Assembly: GCA_028534125.1 (NCBI GenBank)
Contig: CM052822.1
Span: 73,966,001 to 74,030,000, forward strand
From: Lama glama
Taxonomy: Eukaryota
Reading direction: 5' to 3'
DNA length: 64,000 nt
Part shown: positions 19,901 through 33,609 of the stretch, piece by piece
Layout: each line of letters opens with the position of its first letter
How positions within the stretch are numbered: the stretch's first letter is position 1
The notes under the pieces: model-generated
Databases searched by the model: none
Seen by the model: only the letters and a program-made list of their open reading frames with translations
What the model was told of the DNA's origin: nothing
Program-made: the position numbers and the translations under genes

Positions 19901-22900
19901 GTGGACAAAAATTATCGGTGTCCAGAGTCATTTAGTATTGCTGTTGTTCCCAAGATTCAGTGTGAAATGGTTCCTAAATCTGGATACTTTCAGCAGAGTT
20001 AAAGAGTCAATTTAGTCAAGTGTATGTATGTGTTCTTGTATGTTGGCTCTACACGTTGGTCCTAAGAGGAAGAGACACAGGTGGGAAATGAACAAGGACT
20101 CTGAAACGGCGACTTACTGGTAAATACTTTATGAAAAGGGACTGATTCCTTTATACTCCTGGAGTGAAGAACCTGTGGGCCAGGCAGGCAGCAGATTCGC
20201 AGGGGCGGGTGGATGTGGACTTGTGCTGTTTGGAAAGCCTATCCGATTGTTGGAGGGCAAGAGCCAGGCGAAGTTGAAGCTACAAGTACCGGTGCTCAGA
20301 ACTAATCCGCCAGTTCTTGGCAGGGACCGAGTACTGCTTAGAGCCTTAGTTTGGAGAAGATGAGAAAAGCTGGAAAGTGGCCATGAAAAATTATTCAAAG
20401 GCTTGAAAACAGTCTTTAGGAAAAGAGTAGGGGTGTTGATATTATTTAAACCAGAGAGAAACCCAAGGAAAGCCATCAAATAATATTCTAGTATTTGTAT
20501 GTTCATTGGTGTTTTTCAGATGTGCAAATCACAATAGATCATAAAGTGAATTTAGTGAGTACAAACCATTTAAAAGTGAATATGATGGAATATGTGTTAA
20601 AAAGAAATTAGAGAAACTAGTTTTGTGAAGCATTTCAATTTTCTGTGACATATTGTGTTCACTATACTGGATTGCAATGTAAAATGTATTCCTTGCTGTT
20701 GTCGCAGTAAGTTTAAAACTTTGCAAATGCTGCAGTAGCGAGTCAGGTCAGATTGTTCTGCATTTCTAATGAGGGCTTGCACTCAACAAACATAACTATT
20801 GGCTGAATGATGTTATGTACCAGAGCTCTGCTAACTGCTAGGGATACAGTGGTGAATAAGATAGAGCTTCCTGCCCCTCAAGGAATACATAGTCTAATGG
20901 GGAAATGAGACATTTACCCAGTGCAGAAGGAGAGTGAGCTTCTGTATCTAAGTTTTGGATAGACATAAAGTGCACAGTGGAAAAGACAGGTGGCTAGGGT
21001 GGGGGGAGGCATAATATAAAGGTAGCAGAGAAGCCCAGGCCTCACTGAGACAAGGGAAGAATGAGATGGAGTCTGCAGTTAGGTGGGTCTGGAAATATGA
21101 AAGACCCTCATAGTAAAGGGAAAACCTCTCATCTGTTTGTTTTGAAGCCTTTCCCCATCAATAATCCCATTTGGATCTTTGAGCATCCTACCATATATTC
21201 TCTCAGCTGAATAACTTCTGCCTCTAACAGGCCTCTCTATAACCACACCTGTCCTCCAGTCTCCTCCCCTCTGCTGTGATCTTCAAAATGCAAATCTGAT
21301 TACGGACCTTTTGCCCCCTCAAGTCCAGGTCTTTTAAAAGGACTGTAATGACTCCCCCTACCCAGCCCCCCACCCATGGCAAGCTTTGTCATTAGCTATT
21401 TGTTCCCTCTTACCTGCCCCCAGCTCCAGACACACACACACTAAAGCTTAACCACCACGAGGGTAGTTACTTGGTCTGTCCTGTTCACCTCCTATTCCCT
21501 GTGCCTCAGAGCAGAACACTGGCGCACAGTAGGCCTGCGACCCTACATTGCCACCTATAGATACCAAAACTGCAGGAAGGAGGCGCTCTTGGCCTGTGCA
21601 AGATGACAAGATACATTATTTGGATTTTTATTTCTTTTTCTATCTTCAGCAGACAGAGGATTCTGTCACCCTTTCCTTCTGTGCATTGTCACATAAGCAC
21701 TGTAGGCCTGGAAGGGAAGAGGCTGATGGGGTGTAGTAAGCTCAGAGGACTTGGGTCTAGTCCTGGCCCTGCGACACATCACCTGAGCTTATTACACAGG
21801 GCAGAGTAGAATGAGCCTGGATCCTGGAATCCGACAGCAGGGTTCCTCTCTCGTCCCAGTTCCGCTGCCTGGGAACAGATTATTTCAGTTTCTCAGCCTC
21901 ACGTGATTTTTTTCGTCTATCAAGTGAGAATAACAGCGGCCCCCTCCCAGGGACGCGAGGGTCACAGGCCACAGGCTGGTGACAGTGAGGCGGGGGCCGC
22001 GTTGGTGATGTGGCAGGCACTCTCCTGCTCTACCTCTCTGAGCTGCATTCACTCAGAGCTTCCATGTTCTCTGTGAAAGGAGCGCCCTTCAGCTCCAATG
22101 TCTCATGATTCTGAAAGAGCAGGGCTTGGAGCTGTCGCTGACCCAGAGGGCCGGTGCCTCTGGAGGCTGAGAGGGCCCGGCTGTCTGAGGACGCCTTTAA
22201 GACTCGATCACTCACTGTTTTCTCATTCCTCTACTGCTTTCCGTCATGGGTTTTTGTCTCAGAAACCGAGGTTGCTTAAGAACACCCTGAGAAAGTCAGT
22301 GTGGGTCCAACAGAAGAGGAAATGCTGCTCTCCGTGGGGCTCCGCTGAGGGCTCAAGCAGTTTGTCATTCAGTCGAGGAATAGTTGGGGCCTCAAGCCAT
22401 CAATGGCATTCTCTCCCCACAGGTCCTCCGATGGCTGCCCCAGCTCCTACCTCCTCAGGGCCGTGGCCCAGCTGCGGTCCCAGCTCCGGGCCCGCATCCC
22501 TCGAGCACCCCCAGCTCCTGGCCGGAGCCCCTCTGCCTGGTGCTGGGTTGGGGGAGCCCTCCTGGGCCCCGTGGTTCTGAGTAAATGCCCCCGCCTCTGC
22601 CTTGTGGCATTGTGTGAGGCAGAAGAGGCCCCTCCTGCCTGCTCCAGACCCTGGGTCGTGGAGTCCCGCTTTAACTGGAAGCTCTTCTGGCAGTTTCTAC
22701 GCCCCCACCTGCTGATCCTGGGGGCAGCCATCGTGGTGAGATCTTCTCCCGCCCCCTCTACCCCCATCAGGGACAGGGAAGGATCCAGCCAGGGGGTTGC
22801 AGAAGCCCCAGTCAGAGGACACATCAGGACAGCTCTCCTGCCTGGGCGAATCTCAGAGGAGACCTCAGGAAGCAGCAGAGCCAGCTGGCTTGGAGACAGG

Positions 22901-25900
22901 GGCTGAGGACCTGCACAGGGCGGCTGTGTGGACATGGGGGTCCCCAGGGGCTGGCAGCTGAACTTTAACTCTCAGAGAGACATGGGAGCCTCCAATGCAT
23001 GGACGACAGTGGGAGAGGAAAGGCCAGGGATTGGGAAGAGTGTGGTTCTCCTAAACGTCTGTCCCCTCCCCGAAGCTGGCGCTGGGTGCAGCACTGGTGA
23101 ACGTGCAGATCCCCCTGCTCCTGGGTCAGCTGGTGGAGATTGTGGCCAAGTATACAAGGGACCATGCGGGCAGCTTCCTGACTGAGTCCCGGAACCTTAG
23201 CACCCGCCTGCTGATTCTCTATGGCATCCAGGTACAGCAGAAGGGAGGGCCTGGGGGCACCCAGAGGAGTTGCCTGGGCACCCCTGAGAGCCCCGTCCTC
23301 TCTCCCAGGGCCTGCTGACCTTCGGGTACCTGGTGCTGCTATCCCGCATCGGTGAGCGCGTGGCAGTGGACATGAGGAGGGCCCTCTTCAGCAACCTGCT
23401 TCGGTACTGCCAGCCGTGGGGTGCGGGGTGCAGGCAGGGGGCTGAGGGGCCCTGAGGGGGTCTGGGTGAATGTCTGGGGGTGGGGCCTTGTCCTCAGGTA
23501 ACATCTCTCTCTTTTCCCCCACCTGCTAACCCTGTGTCCCACCGCCAGACAAGACATTGCTTTCTTTGATGCTAAAAGGACAGGGCAGCTGGTGAGCCGA
23601 TTGACAACGGATGTGCAGGAGTTTAAATCATCCTTCAAACTTGTCATCTCCCAGGTGAGTGCCCCAGGTCCCCCACACTCATACACTCTCACACACGCAC
23701 ACACACACACGCACACTCACTCCCTAGTGCAGATGCACCAGGCCAGCCCTGCCCCACCCACCCCACTGTTGGGCCTCGCGCCTAGGCTCACACTGAAGTG
23801 AGAAGCCTGCTGTCTGGTGAGGGTGCGGGTGAGGGAACAGGGAAGTTCACAGAAGCGAGGTGCCACGGCACTGTCCAAGGTCAGGACAGGCTGTTTCTTT
23901 CCTGTCCTAAAATCTTACCTCCCTGGAAAACCTTCTCAAAAACTCAGATAAGAGCCTGTCTCAGCCCAGATTGCCAAGAGCAAAATCGCAGTGGCCTGTC
24001 TTGTCCTCAGAATGCCTGGCTCACTAACAGGAGAACAAGCAATGGCTCTTTGCTGTGTCCTGATGTCCCCTCTGCATACCCCCAGATTGTCACTGTAGCT
24101 GCCAGATCCTGCCAGTCACTGGCCAACAGCAGTCCCCGGGTGGCATCCCCAGGTGATTCTCGTTTTGTTCAGCTTCTAGAGCAGAAGACCAGGAGAGTGG
24201 GATTTGTCTAGGGGAAGGATGCCTTTGTCCATAGGCATCCTAACCCAGCGCCTTTATGCCTGGTCAAGGAAGGGTTAAGTTCTGTGTCCCGCAGTCTGCA
24301 GGTTGACTTCCCAGGGGTCAGACCTGTGGCCTTGCCCTTGTGAGTATAGAGCTAGTTGTAGCCAGCTGACTCTTGGTAAAGTCCCCCATGTCCCATGTCA
24401 TGGTGCTGATGTCAAACAGCCTTCCTTCCCACTCCTCAGGGGCTGCGAAGCTGTACCCAAGTGGCCGGCTGCCTGGTGTCCCTATCTATGCTCTCCACGC
24501 GCCTCACGCTGCTTCTGATGGTGGCCACGCCTGCCCTGATGGGAGCTGGCACCCTAATGGGCTCAGCTCTCAGGAAATTGTCTCGCCAGTGTCAGGAGCA
24601 GGTACCAGAAGTCCCACCCACCCTCCTTACCCTACCCTCCTTCTCTGCCCCATACTCCTCTGTCAACCCCTCTCCATCTCCAACCTGGCTCCCTATCTCC
24701 TGGACTTCTTGCAGGTCGCCAGGGCAACAGGTGTAGCCGATGAGGCCCTAGGCAACGTTCGGACAGTGCGAGCCTTCGCCATGGAGCAGCGGGAAGAGGA
24801 GTGAGTCGGGGCAGAGGCAGAGCACAAAAGCAGGGGGACCCCAAATGCACCTCCCACCTTCCCCGCGCCCCACCCCGCCTGTTTCCTGAGGGCCAGCTTG
24901 ACTTCTGTCCCCAGACGCTACGGAGCAGAGCTGGAGGCGTCCCGCTGTAAGGCAGAGGAGCTGGGCAGAGGCATCGCCTTGTTCCAAGGGCTCTCCAACA
25001 TCGCCTTCAACTGTGAGTGAGCAAGGCCGCACCTGGGGGGACCCAGGCTGTGGCTGGGGGTGAGCGCAGAGGCGGGAAGGACAGGTCCCAGCAAGGCAGG
25101 CAAGGGGCAGCTTTCCACCTGCTTGATGGTCTTCAGATGTCTGTTGAGTGCCAGTTAGCCAGTCTGTGGAGCCTGCTGATGCCGGCAGGCAACGGGCAGG
25201 TAGGCCCAGTGTCACTACGTGCAGTGTGCTGCCGGGCCACTCTGGAGGGAGCCATGGAGGTGCCCCCAACCCACTCATTTCCAAATGAGGAAACAAAGGC
25301 AGAGACCATTCGAGTGACTTGCCAAAATTCCAGTCAGTTGGGAGCACAGCAGGGACTGAACTGGAGACCAACGCGTGGGCCAGGTCTGTCTTCTGTTCTC
25401 CACAGCCGCCTTCCTAACCACCTGTCCTTTCCCCACACAGGCATGGTCTTGGGCACCCTGTTTATTGGGGGCTCCCTCGTGGCTGGACAGCAGCTGACAG
25501 GGGGAGACCTCATGTCCTTCCTGGTAGCCTCCCAGACAGTGCAGAGGTGAGTGTGGGGCTGTTGCCATTCCTAAGAGCCCAGCTGGGCCAAGGGACAGGG
25601 CGTGCCTGCCAGTCTGCTCTGGGGACGACTACCCAGGTCCCCCAGTGCAGCACTGGGCAGTGGAGAGGGAGCCCCAGGCTCCCAGCCGCGCCTCCAGCCT
25701 AATTCAGAAATATGGTTGTCATCTTCAACTTCCAAACAATTCAGAAGTTTCCTTGACAAACTTTTTTCTTTAAAAAATTTCAGTAAAATACACAAAATTT
25801 ACCATCTTAACCATTTCTAAGTATTCAGTTTAATAGAGTTACATGCGTGCATGTTGCTGTGCAGCCATCACTACCGTCCCCTTCAGAACTTCAGTTTGCA

Positions 25901-28900
25901 AAACTGAAATGCTGCATCTGTGTGACCCACCCCCCCATCCCCTGGCAACCATCATTCTGCTTTCTGTCTCCGTGAGTCTGGCTCTTCTAGGTCCTCATCA
26001 TATAGGTGACATCATATGGTACCTGTCCCCTTGTGACAGGCTTATTTCTCTGAGCATAACATCTTCCTGGTTCATACATGTCGGAGCAGGTACCAGAATT
26101 TCCGTCCTTTTTAAGGCTGAGTAAGACTCCATGTTTGGATAGACCATCTTTGACATGCTTTTTAAGAGCTGGCCTGCCGTCCTCTGCCTGACCTTCCCCT
26201 GCATGGTCCACCCTGGTGGCTCACTGGGTCCACGGCTCTGAGATCTGCCTGCCCCGCTGGCTCCGTCTGCCCATGGGCACCAGAGCTCCCAGCCGGCTCT
26301 GCTACTGGAGCCCCCAGGGAGGCCTCCCTTCTCCTGTCCCTTCCAAGCCAAGCACTAGCATCTCTGCCCACCATTTCTCTTCACTTTGTGCCCCACCCCG
26401 CCCCACCCCACCCCACATACCGCTTACACCAAAACATGTCAAACAAAGATATGTTAGGTCAATAATCAGAGTAGATATGATCTAATAAGGAATCGAAGAG
26501 TGAAGATCTGTGTTACCACCAGCTACACCGAGGGACTAGAGCATCACCCAGATGCCCCTCTGTGTCCCTTCCTCCTCACTGCTGATTCCTGTGGTCCTCG
26601 TATCCTGGCTCTGCTCTGTCTTACCGCCTCTGTAGGTCAGCCATTTCTTACAGAATCCCTCACCATCGGCCTTGCTGGCCTGGGCAGGATGGCGCTAACC
26701 CAGACGCAGGCAGGTAGAAAACACCCCCTCCCCTCTCTTGGCCCTGGATTCCCCAGCATTCTACAAAGACCAAATTCCACCCATTTCTCAGCCACACAGC
26801 ACCATCCTTGGCTCCATTTCTACCAGGTGCTCTCTAATCTGGGCCCGTTCTGACCCTCTCTGGTCCTGGCCAGCCTCATCCCTCCTTCCTAGAGGCCCAG
26901 GAACTGTTGCCTTAGGACTAAAAGGCTCTGATTATTGTGTAGATGGAACTTCTGGCCTCCCCCTGCTGCCCCTCCCCTGACCTGACCCATGGGAACGCCA
27001 CTGGCTGGCTTCATGCAGTCACGCCACGGCCTTCCCCTCGGAGCAGTGGCAGAGCTGCCCCCCTGGGGAAAGGCAGCCACACATCCCAGGCCTGGCCCTC
27101 CTCCCTCAGACTGGCCTTCACCTGTGGCTCCCTCCCCTTATGGCCGGGGTACATTTCCTTCCCTCCCCACTGCACCTCCTAGCCAGTTATAGTTTTATTA
27201 CAGGCCCAAGAAAGCATCTCTCGCAGACTGCTGGATGGGGCTGCTCCCACTAGGTCTAGCCTTTTGGGAGGCCCCTCACCACACGGAGATTCTTCATTAC
27301 TCACCTTGGAGGAATTGGGTCTTATTTTGTTAAGCTGGTGTGTTTCCTCCTGGGGTCTAGCCGGGGAGGGTGGGTGGCGAAGGAGGGAGGCAGGGCCCTA
27401 TCCGCTGAAATAAAATCACACAGTGTGAGAGTTGTGGGTTAAGTTTTATTGGGGGCAAAATGAGGACTATAGCCCGGGAGACAGCATCCCAGAGAGCTCT
27501 GAGAAACTGCTCCAAAGAGGCAGGGGAAGAGCTCAGTGTTATATATGATTTCAGTGAGGGAGGGACGTGCAGTCGAACACACGTTTAGGCAGAGACTTGC
27601 TGATAGCCAAGAGGAGCAGATGCCACCGTTAATGATTTTAGTGCTTTTCTAGATATGAGGAGACACAAGAATTTAGGCTCATAAAATCTTCTGAAAATAC
27701 CTAACTATCTGAAGGCCTGTTCAGCCAGTTTTCCCAGAGCACAGAGAGCCTCATTCCTGACCTCCATCGTGAACTCCTTGCAGGGCACGTTGGAGATCAG
27801 TGGCTGCAGTGGCTCGTGATTTAATCCAAGCAGAGTTAGATGGCAAGTGCCAATGTGATACAATTCTTGTAGGTGCAGATGGCAAGTGCCAATTTTTAGT
27901 TAGCAGTCCCAGCTTCAAGCAGCCTCAACCTTTGGACCCCATCCTAGGTGTTCCTTTTGGTGGCACTGGGGCTCTGGAAGAGATGGGGAGGTGCCCAGAC
28001 AGACCACGGTCAGGCCCAGGCCACCTGGTCTGCATGCAGGATGGGCCACCCTATCCCTAACCCGCTCCGGGCCTCCAGGGGCCTTCTCCCCCACCCCACC
28101 GCCCCCGCTTAACAGAGGTGCTGGGAATTGAACCCAGTCCTCGTGATCATGCCTGCTGAGTTCTACCCACCCCCCAGGCCTGCCTTCTGAGCCGTCTCTG
28201 AGAGCTCGGTGATGTGCATCTGGTTTTCAGTTGCTGCCCGGCACCTCCGCCAGCCCCTAGTGACCTCCAGATCTCTTGTGGCGAATGTTCTCCCTTCTCA
28301 TCAGCAGATAACAGGCTGTCCTGGCTCTTCTGTCTTGGTGTCTCCCGCTCCCTTTGGCAAGTGCTCTGAGCCATTTCCTCACGGGCTCCTCCTCCCTTCC
28401 CCCCACCCGGGTGCTGGGAGAAGTGAGATTTCTGGAGAGTCAGTCTTTCCTCTTCTTCAGGGAGGACCGGCATCCACAGTCGCAGACACACACTGTCACG
28501 GGCCAGTCAGGGGCTGGTGACTAAGGGGTAATGACTCACCTTCCTCCTCGCAGCCACCCACCCTGAGGGGCGGAGGCAGCGACCCACCATCTGGGCAGAT
28601 ACACTTGCACCATTCCTTACACAGGGCAAGCCCATAATAAAATATCCCGAGGGAATATGGGTTTGGGGTCCCCCCAGTGTTTCCCCTGTGGTCCAGTGTC
28701 TTTCGTTTTCTCTCTCTGAAAGGATTGCCATCCTGTTTTCCACCGTCAGTAGACCTCGCTTCCCCCAGGAGTCACAGCGCTAGAGCCGACCTCCCCTTGG
28801 CCGTGAGGGCCGGCCTTGGTCTCGCGCGGGAGCCGCCCGCCCCGCGGGCTGCAGGCCCGTGGCGCCCGCCCCACTGCACCCGGTGTCTGCCTTCCAGACC

Positions 28901-31900
28901 CGCTTCCCCCCTGGAGCCCCCGTCCTGAGGGAGCTGACACTCGTCAGCCCTGTCCGGGCCAGGAGAGAAAGCAGCTCTGAAAGAAGCTATTTGCCAGGTG
29001 ATCACCTATTGTCGCTGGATCCCAGGGCTCCTGGGGACTCCGGTTTCAGGAGCAGTCTCTGCATTTGCCTTTGGGCCACCTGTTTCCTTGCCCCAGCGGA
29101 CATGCCCCCCGTGCAGCTGAGACCCAGACCTTCCTCTCCGGCCCTGGCCTCCTCTCAGGCTCTTCTCATCCCCCGTCTTTCAGCCTTTCTCTTCTGCTCA
29201 CAGGTCCATGGCCAACCTCTCTGTCCTGTTTGGTCAGGTGAGTGGCAGAGTCTGGGATGGGTCCAGGGGTGTGGACATGGGATCTGGGCTGGAGTCCTGT
29301 CCGTCCCTGATGTCATTAATGTGCTGCGGGAACTGGGTGGTGGGAGGAGGGGATATCACCAGCCCCCTAAGTACTCCTCTCCGCGTGGGGACCCAGAGAT
29401 GCTGCCCGCTCCCCAGACACCACTCCCACATCACAGACTTTAAACCCAACCCCAGGTGGTGCGGGGGCTCAGCGCGGGCACCCGGGTCTTCGAGTACATG
29501 ACCCTGAGCCCAGACATCCGGCTGTCAGGGGGCTGCTGCATCCCCAGGGAGCACCTGCGTGGCTCCGTCACATTTCACAACGTCTGCTTCAGGTCAGTGT
29601 CAGTGGGTGGGCACAGGGGTGCTTCCCACCAGGCCGAGGAGCCTGTCTGCGGACCTGTGGGTCAGTGTCTCCTAAATAAGCTCCTCTCAGGGGTTCAGGG
29701 AGCCTTCAGGAGGGACCAGGGCAATGAGGGGCCTGGAACCTGGTCTGACTGAGGGTCTCTCGGCTCCTCCCAGTTACCCCTGCCGCCCTGGCTTCCAAGT
29801 GCTCAAAGACTTCACCCTCACGCTGCCCCCAGGCAAGATCGTGGCTCTTGTGGGCCAGTCCGGGGGAGGTAAGAGGAGCCCGCCACCCTCCCACCCTGTG
29901 ACTCCTCCCTGCGGTAGCCACTTAGTGTGGAAGGACAGGTCCCTCTCTCCTGGCACACTCCCTAACTGCCCCTGTCCCCCACCCCAACTCCCAGGAAAGA
30001 CCACTGTGGCTTCCCTGCTTGAGCGCTTCTATGACCCCACGGCGGGCATGGTGACACTGGACGGGCAAGACCTGCGCACCCTCGACCCTTCCTGGCTCCG
30101 GGGTCAGGTCATCGGCTTCATCAGCCAGGTAAGGAGGGGAGAGGCTTTCCCCATGGTGTGCGACACCCAGAAAGGGTGTCTTAACTCCCACTGAGCCCCT
30201 CTCCCCTTCTTCCCTGCAGCCCTGCTTCTCTCAGTCCTTACGCCCCGGCCCCCGGCCTTTTCCCTTCCCACCCCCATCACCTGCTGCTCTCACAGGGGCA
30301 GGGGCGGGCAGGCTGGCTGTCTTCACTGGTCCCCAGCATTCATCCATGTCCCGGTTGCTGCAGTTCTGCCCTTGTATCACCAGGGCTGGAACTCTGTTCC
30401 TTGATTTAAAAGGTCCAAGCAGCGGGGAGGGTAATAGCTCAGTGGTAAAGCACATGCTTAGCATGCATGAGGTCCTGGGTTCAATCCTCAGTACCTCCAC
30501 TAAAAAATAAATAAAAAATAAATTTAAAACAAATAAAATGTCCAAGCAAGCGGGAATGGGATGGCCACTTTAGGATCCCTGGGTTTTGGCAAGCCCATGG
30601 TGTCCAGGAGATCTATACACCCACATGGTGTTGCTAGGGACAGCTGGTGGCCCGCCCACCCAGTAAACAAGACCCCGCCAGCCCCACCACTTTCCCAGCG
30701 AGGGTCCACCTGCCCCCACATGTAGGTGAAGCGGATCCCCTTACAGCAGGAGACAGCCAAATTATAAAACCCCTCCACGCCCATCTCTCCAGAGAGGAGG
30801 AGTCCTGCCTGGCCAGCTGGCCTTGCTCTCCCAGCCACCTTCCTTTTCCCCTTCCTGAGGGGCTCCATGTCCTGCAGGGAGCTCAGCCTCTCCCCCATCT
30901 GATGACCCCTCTGCTTTGTCTGACCTGTAACTTCAAGCTACCCCTACCTGCCCTCCAAGGAGCCCCTCCTGACACGCCCCTTGGGTATTCAGGGCAAAGT
31001 CAGAATGTTTCCTTGTGGACCCCACCACCTCCCACCCCCAGGAGCCAGTCTTGTTTGGAACCACAATTATGGAGAACATCCGTTTTGGGAGGCTGGGTGC
31101 CTCCGATGAAGACGTTTATGCAGCTGCCCGCGAAGCCAATGCCCACGAGTTCATCACCAGCTTCCCTGAGGGCTACAACACCATAGTAGGTGAGTTCAGA
31201 GATGGCAGGCATCCTGCTCACGTCTGCAGGGCCCACGTGTGGGGCTGGGATCAAGGGGGACAGGAACGCAGTCATGGCATCAGGGGAGACCGAGGGGGAC
31301 AGAGATAACCTGCGGGGACAAGGGAGACCAGCCCATGTGGTTCAGGCACAGGCAGGCCGCAGAGACAGGAGTTTGCAGGGACACGGGTGATCTGCTCACC
31401 AGGGCTCCGCCCCCAAGACCTGGCCAGCAGCAGCGGGCTTTTATCTCCGTGTAATTCTCTTTCTGGCCCTGTTTCGCTCCTGTCCTTTCATCCTTTCACT
31501 GAACGGTGTTTCCCCTCTTGCTCTCCATAGGGGTTGATTTGGTTGAGCACGTCTCTCTCCTGACTTACCCAGAAGTGGGCTTTGGTGATTCGGGAACACT
31601 GAAATATTGTAGCATCACCCTAGAATCTTTCTCCTCTAGCTTGTAGCTTTGTGTGTTTGTCTCAGAGGTCTTTTTCTCAACCTCTGGGCCATATTTATCA
31701 TCCAGAGCCCCTTGGCTTTGTTGCACAATGTTCCAGCCTATCTCACAGTATGGGCACATCCAAGGTTCTCCACTCTTCTTGAAACTTAGGCCTCGGTCTG
31801 GCTGAGCTGAGCCTCCCAAGTGGTGCCCCCACTGTGTGTGGCCTTTCTTCATGTTCTGGGTTCTTGGATTCCCGTGAACCTCGTTCTGCCTGGAGCATCC

Positions 31901-33609
31901 GGGCCCACATCTCTCTTGCGCACTTTCCTTGTTTCTCTGGGGATTCAGTCTACCCTCGCTGCTCTGTGACTACTGTCACCTTGAGGCTCTTTTTGGCTCC
32001 CAGGCTGCCACTTCTGCTGTTCTCTGTGGGTATTTTGGACCCCAAACGTGGGCTTCCCAGAATGCCCAGTTGGGTTACAAATCACACAGTGCTGCCACCA
32101 CACCCCAGGAGGCCACCTCTGGGTCCTGGATGTCCCCAGAGCAAGAGAAACCTGGGAAGCCAGGAGAAGGCAGCTAGAGCTGCAGGGCCAGGGCAAGGGG
32201 TGGGGCCCGGGCCAGTCGTGGCTCTGAGACCTGGCCCTGGTGCGGGAGGGGAGCTCAGGGCCCACCCTGGGTGGTACTGAGCCCTACTGTGTGCACGACC
32301 CCAGTCATCCATGTGAGTGCCTGCGCACATCTGCACAGGCACGTGGGATCAGGGTGCTGCCGGCCATCGTCCCTTCCCTCAGAGAGGCGGGCCGAAGGCA
32401 CACAGGGCTCAGATGGGAAGATCCAGGCAACCCTGGTGCCCATCTGCAAGGTATATCTGCCTAAGTACAGAGCTGAGCATTGCTTCCGGCCCCCGCCCCA
32501 TCCCCTTCCTCCCCAGGTGAGCGGGGTACAACCCTGTCTGGTGGCCAGAAGCAGCGCCTGGCCATCGCTCGAGCCCTCATCAAGCAGCCCACGGTGCTGA
32601 TCCTGGATGAGGCGACCAGCGCACTGGACTCGGAGTCTGAGAGGGTTGTGCAGGAGGCCCTGGACCGCGCCAGCGCCGGCCGCACTGTACTGGTCATCGC
32701 CCACCGGCTCAGCACCGTCCGTGGGGCCCACCGCATTGTCGTCATGGCCCACGGCCGAGTCTGCGAGGTCAGCTGGGGCCCAGGGAATGGGTCGGTGGGC
32801 TGGGACAGCTTCAGCCATGGACATAGTGGAACGGGTGGCTCAGCTGAGCCATGTGAGGGAGGGTCTGGCCTGGCCCTGGGGGCTTGGGATCATGTTCTGG
32901 AAACGGCACCCATGTGGATTCAGTTCCTGCCCTTAGATGAGCCCTGGCCTCTTGGGGCCTGACTTTCTTCCTCTGTCCCCTGGAGGGGCAGGGTAGGGGT
33001 GAGCAGAGCTGCAACATGGCTCCCAGGATCAAAGGGGAAAGTTCTCAGAGAAGCGTACAGGGCTTAGTGGGTGGGGGGATCGTGGGGGCTGAGGTGCAGG
33101 AGCTGATCGGGGACTAGCCAGGAGCAGCACCCCAAGGCTGGGCTGCAGCAGGGCTTAGAGGCTGTATGGGGTCTGGTTTCCCCGGCCACTCTTTTAAGCC
33201 AAAGCTGAGGGGGGTTTGCAAGGGGCACTGGGGCCTCGTGAGGGAGGCAGTGGGACCTAGATGCTCTTCCACCATCCAGCTAAGCAGGGCAGTGATGGCG
33301 AACAAATACAGATGCGCCAGCAGCGATTTGTAACCACCTGTGCTTTGGTTTCATGGTGTCGGCAGAAGGGACACCGGTTTAGGTAAAGGCAAGCCGAAGC
33401 GCTGGATAAGAAGCTAGCCCTCGAAGGGCTCTGAACTCTTAGCTGGGTTGGGGTGACCATCTGCCCCTCCTTACTCTCTCCAGGTGGGGACCCACGAGGA
33501 GCTCCTAAAGAAAGGCGGGCTCTATTCCGAGCTCATCCGGAGACAAGCCTTGGATGCCCCACTTCCTGAGACCCCCAAAGGCCCCAGGAACCGGCACCCC
33601 AAGTCCTGA
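19451..33609 (+). CDS. ABCB8: Mitochondrial ABC half-transporter ABCB8, 16 coding exons, 713 aa
   Basis: Exons 19451-19545, 22423-22735, 23076-23231, 23309-23403, 23549-23654, 24440-24601, 24715-24800, 24915-25012, 25441-25546, 29204-29237, 29456-29592, 29774-29868, 29995-30128, 31042-31189, 32517-32767, 33484-33609 total 2142 nt. Arg-rich presequence [13 protein letters not shown], Walker A GQSGGGKTT, signature LSGGQKQR, Walker [12 protein letters not shown]-loop IAHRLST. Confidence 0.96.
25762..26140 (-). mobile_element. Old LINE-1 3' fragment (L1M-type)
   Basis: AAAATTTACCATCTTAACCATTT...GGCAACCATCATTCTGCTTTCTGTCTC...CTTTTTAAGGCTGAGTAA, typical of an antisense L1 3' end. Confidence 0.75.
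27400..27905 (-). mobile_element. Probable solo ERV LTR (about 506 bp), antisense in ABCB8 intron 9
   Basis: Abrupt lower-GC block with TA...CA ends (decayed TG...CA), flanks GCCCC/GTCCC as a near-TSD, AATAAA on the minus strand near 27445, internal 17-bp direct repeat. Resembles cetartiodactyl ERV LTRs from memory. Confidence 0.65.
28111..28172 (-). mobile_element. Degenerate fragment of the same tRNA-derived SINE
   Basis: AGAGGTGCTGGGAATTGAACCCAG resembles the reverse complement of the B-box region at 30475-30498. Confidence 0.5.
30422..30534 (+). mobile_element. Full-length tRNA-derived SINE (camelid vic-1-like) in ABCB8 intron 13
   Basis: A box TAGCTCAGTGG, B box GGTTCAATCC, A-rich tail. 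14-bp target-site duplication AAAAGGTCCAAGCA (30408-30421) / AAAATGTCCAAGCA (30535-30548) at a TT|AAAA site. Confidence 0.85.

Noticed and set aside
30424-30500. Possible tRNA gene
   Set aside because: A-rich tail and target-site duplication show it is a retroposed SINE.
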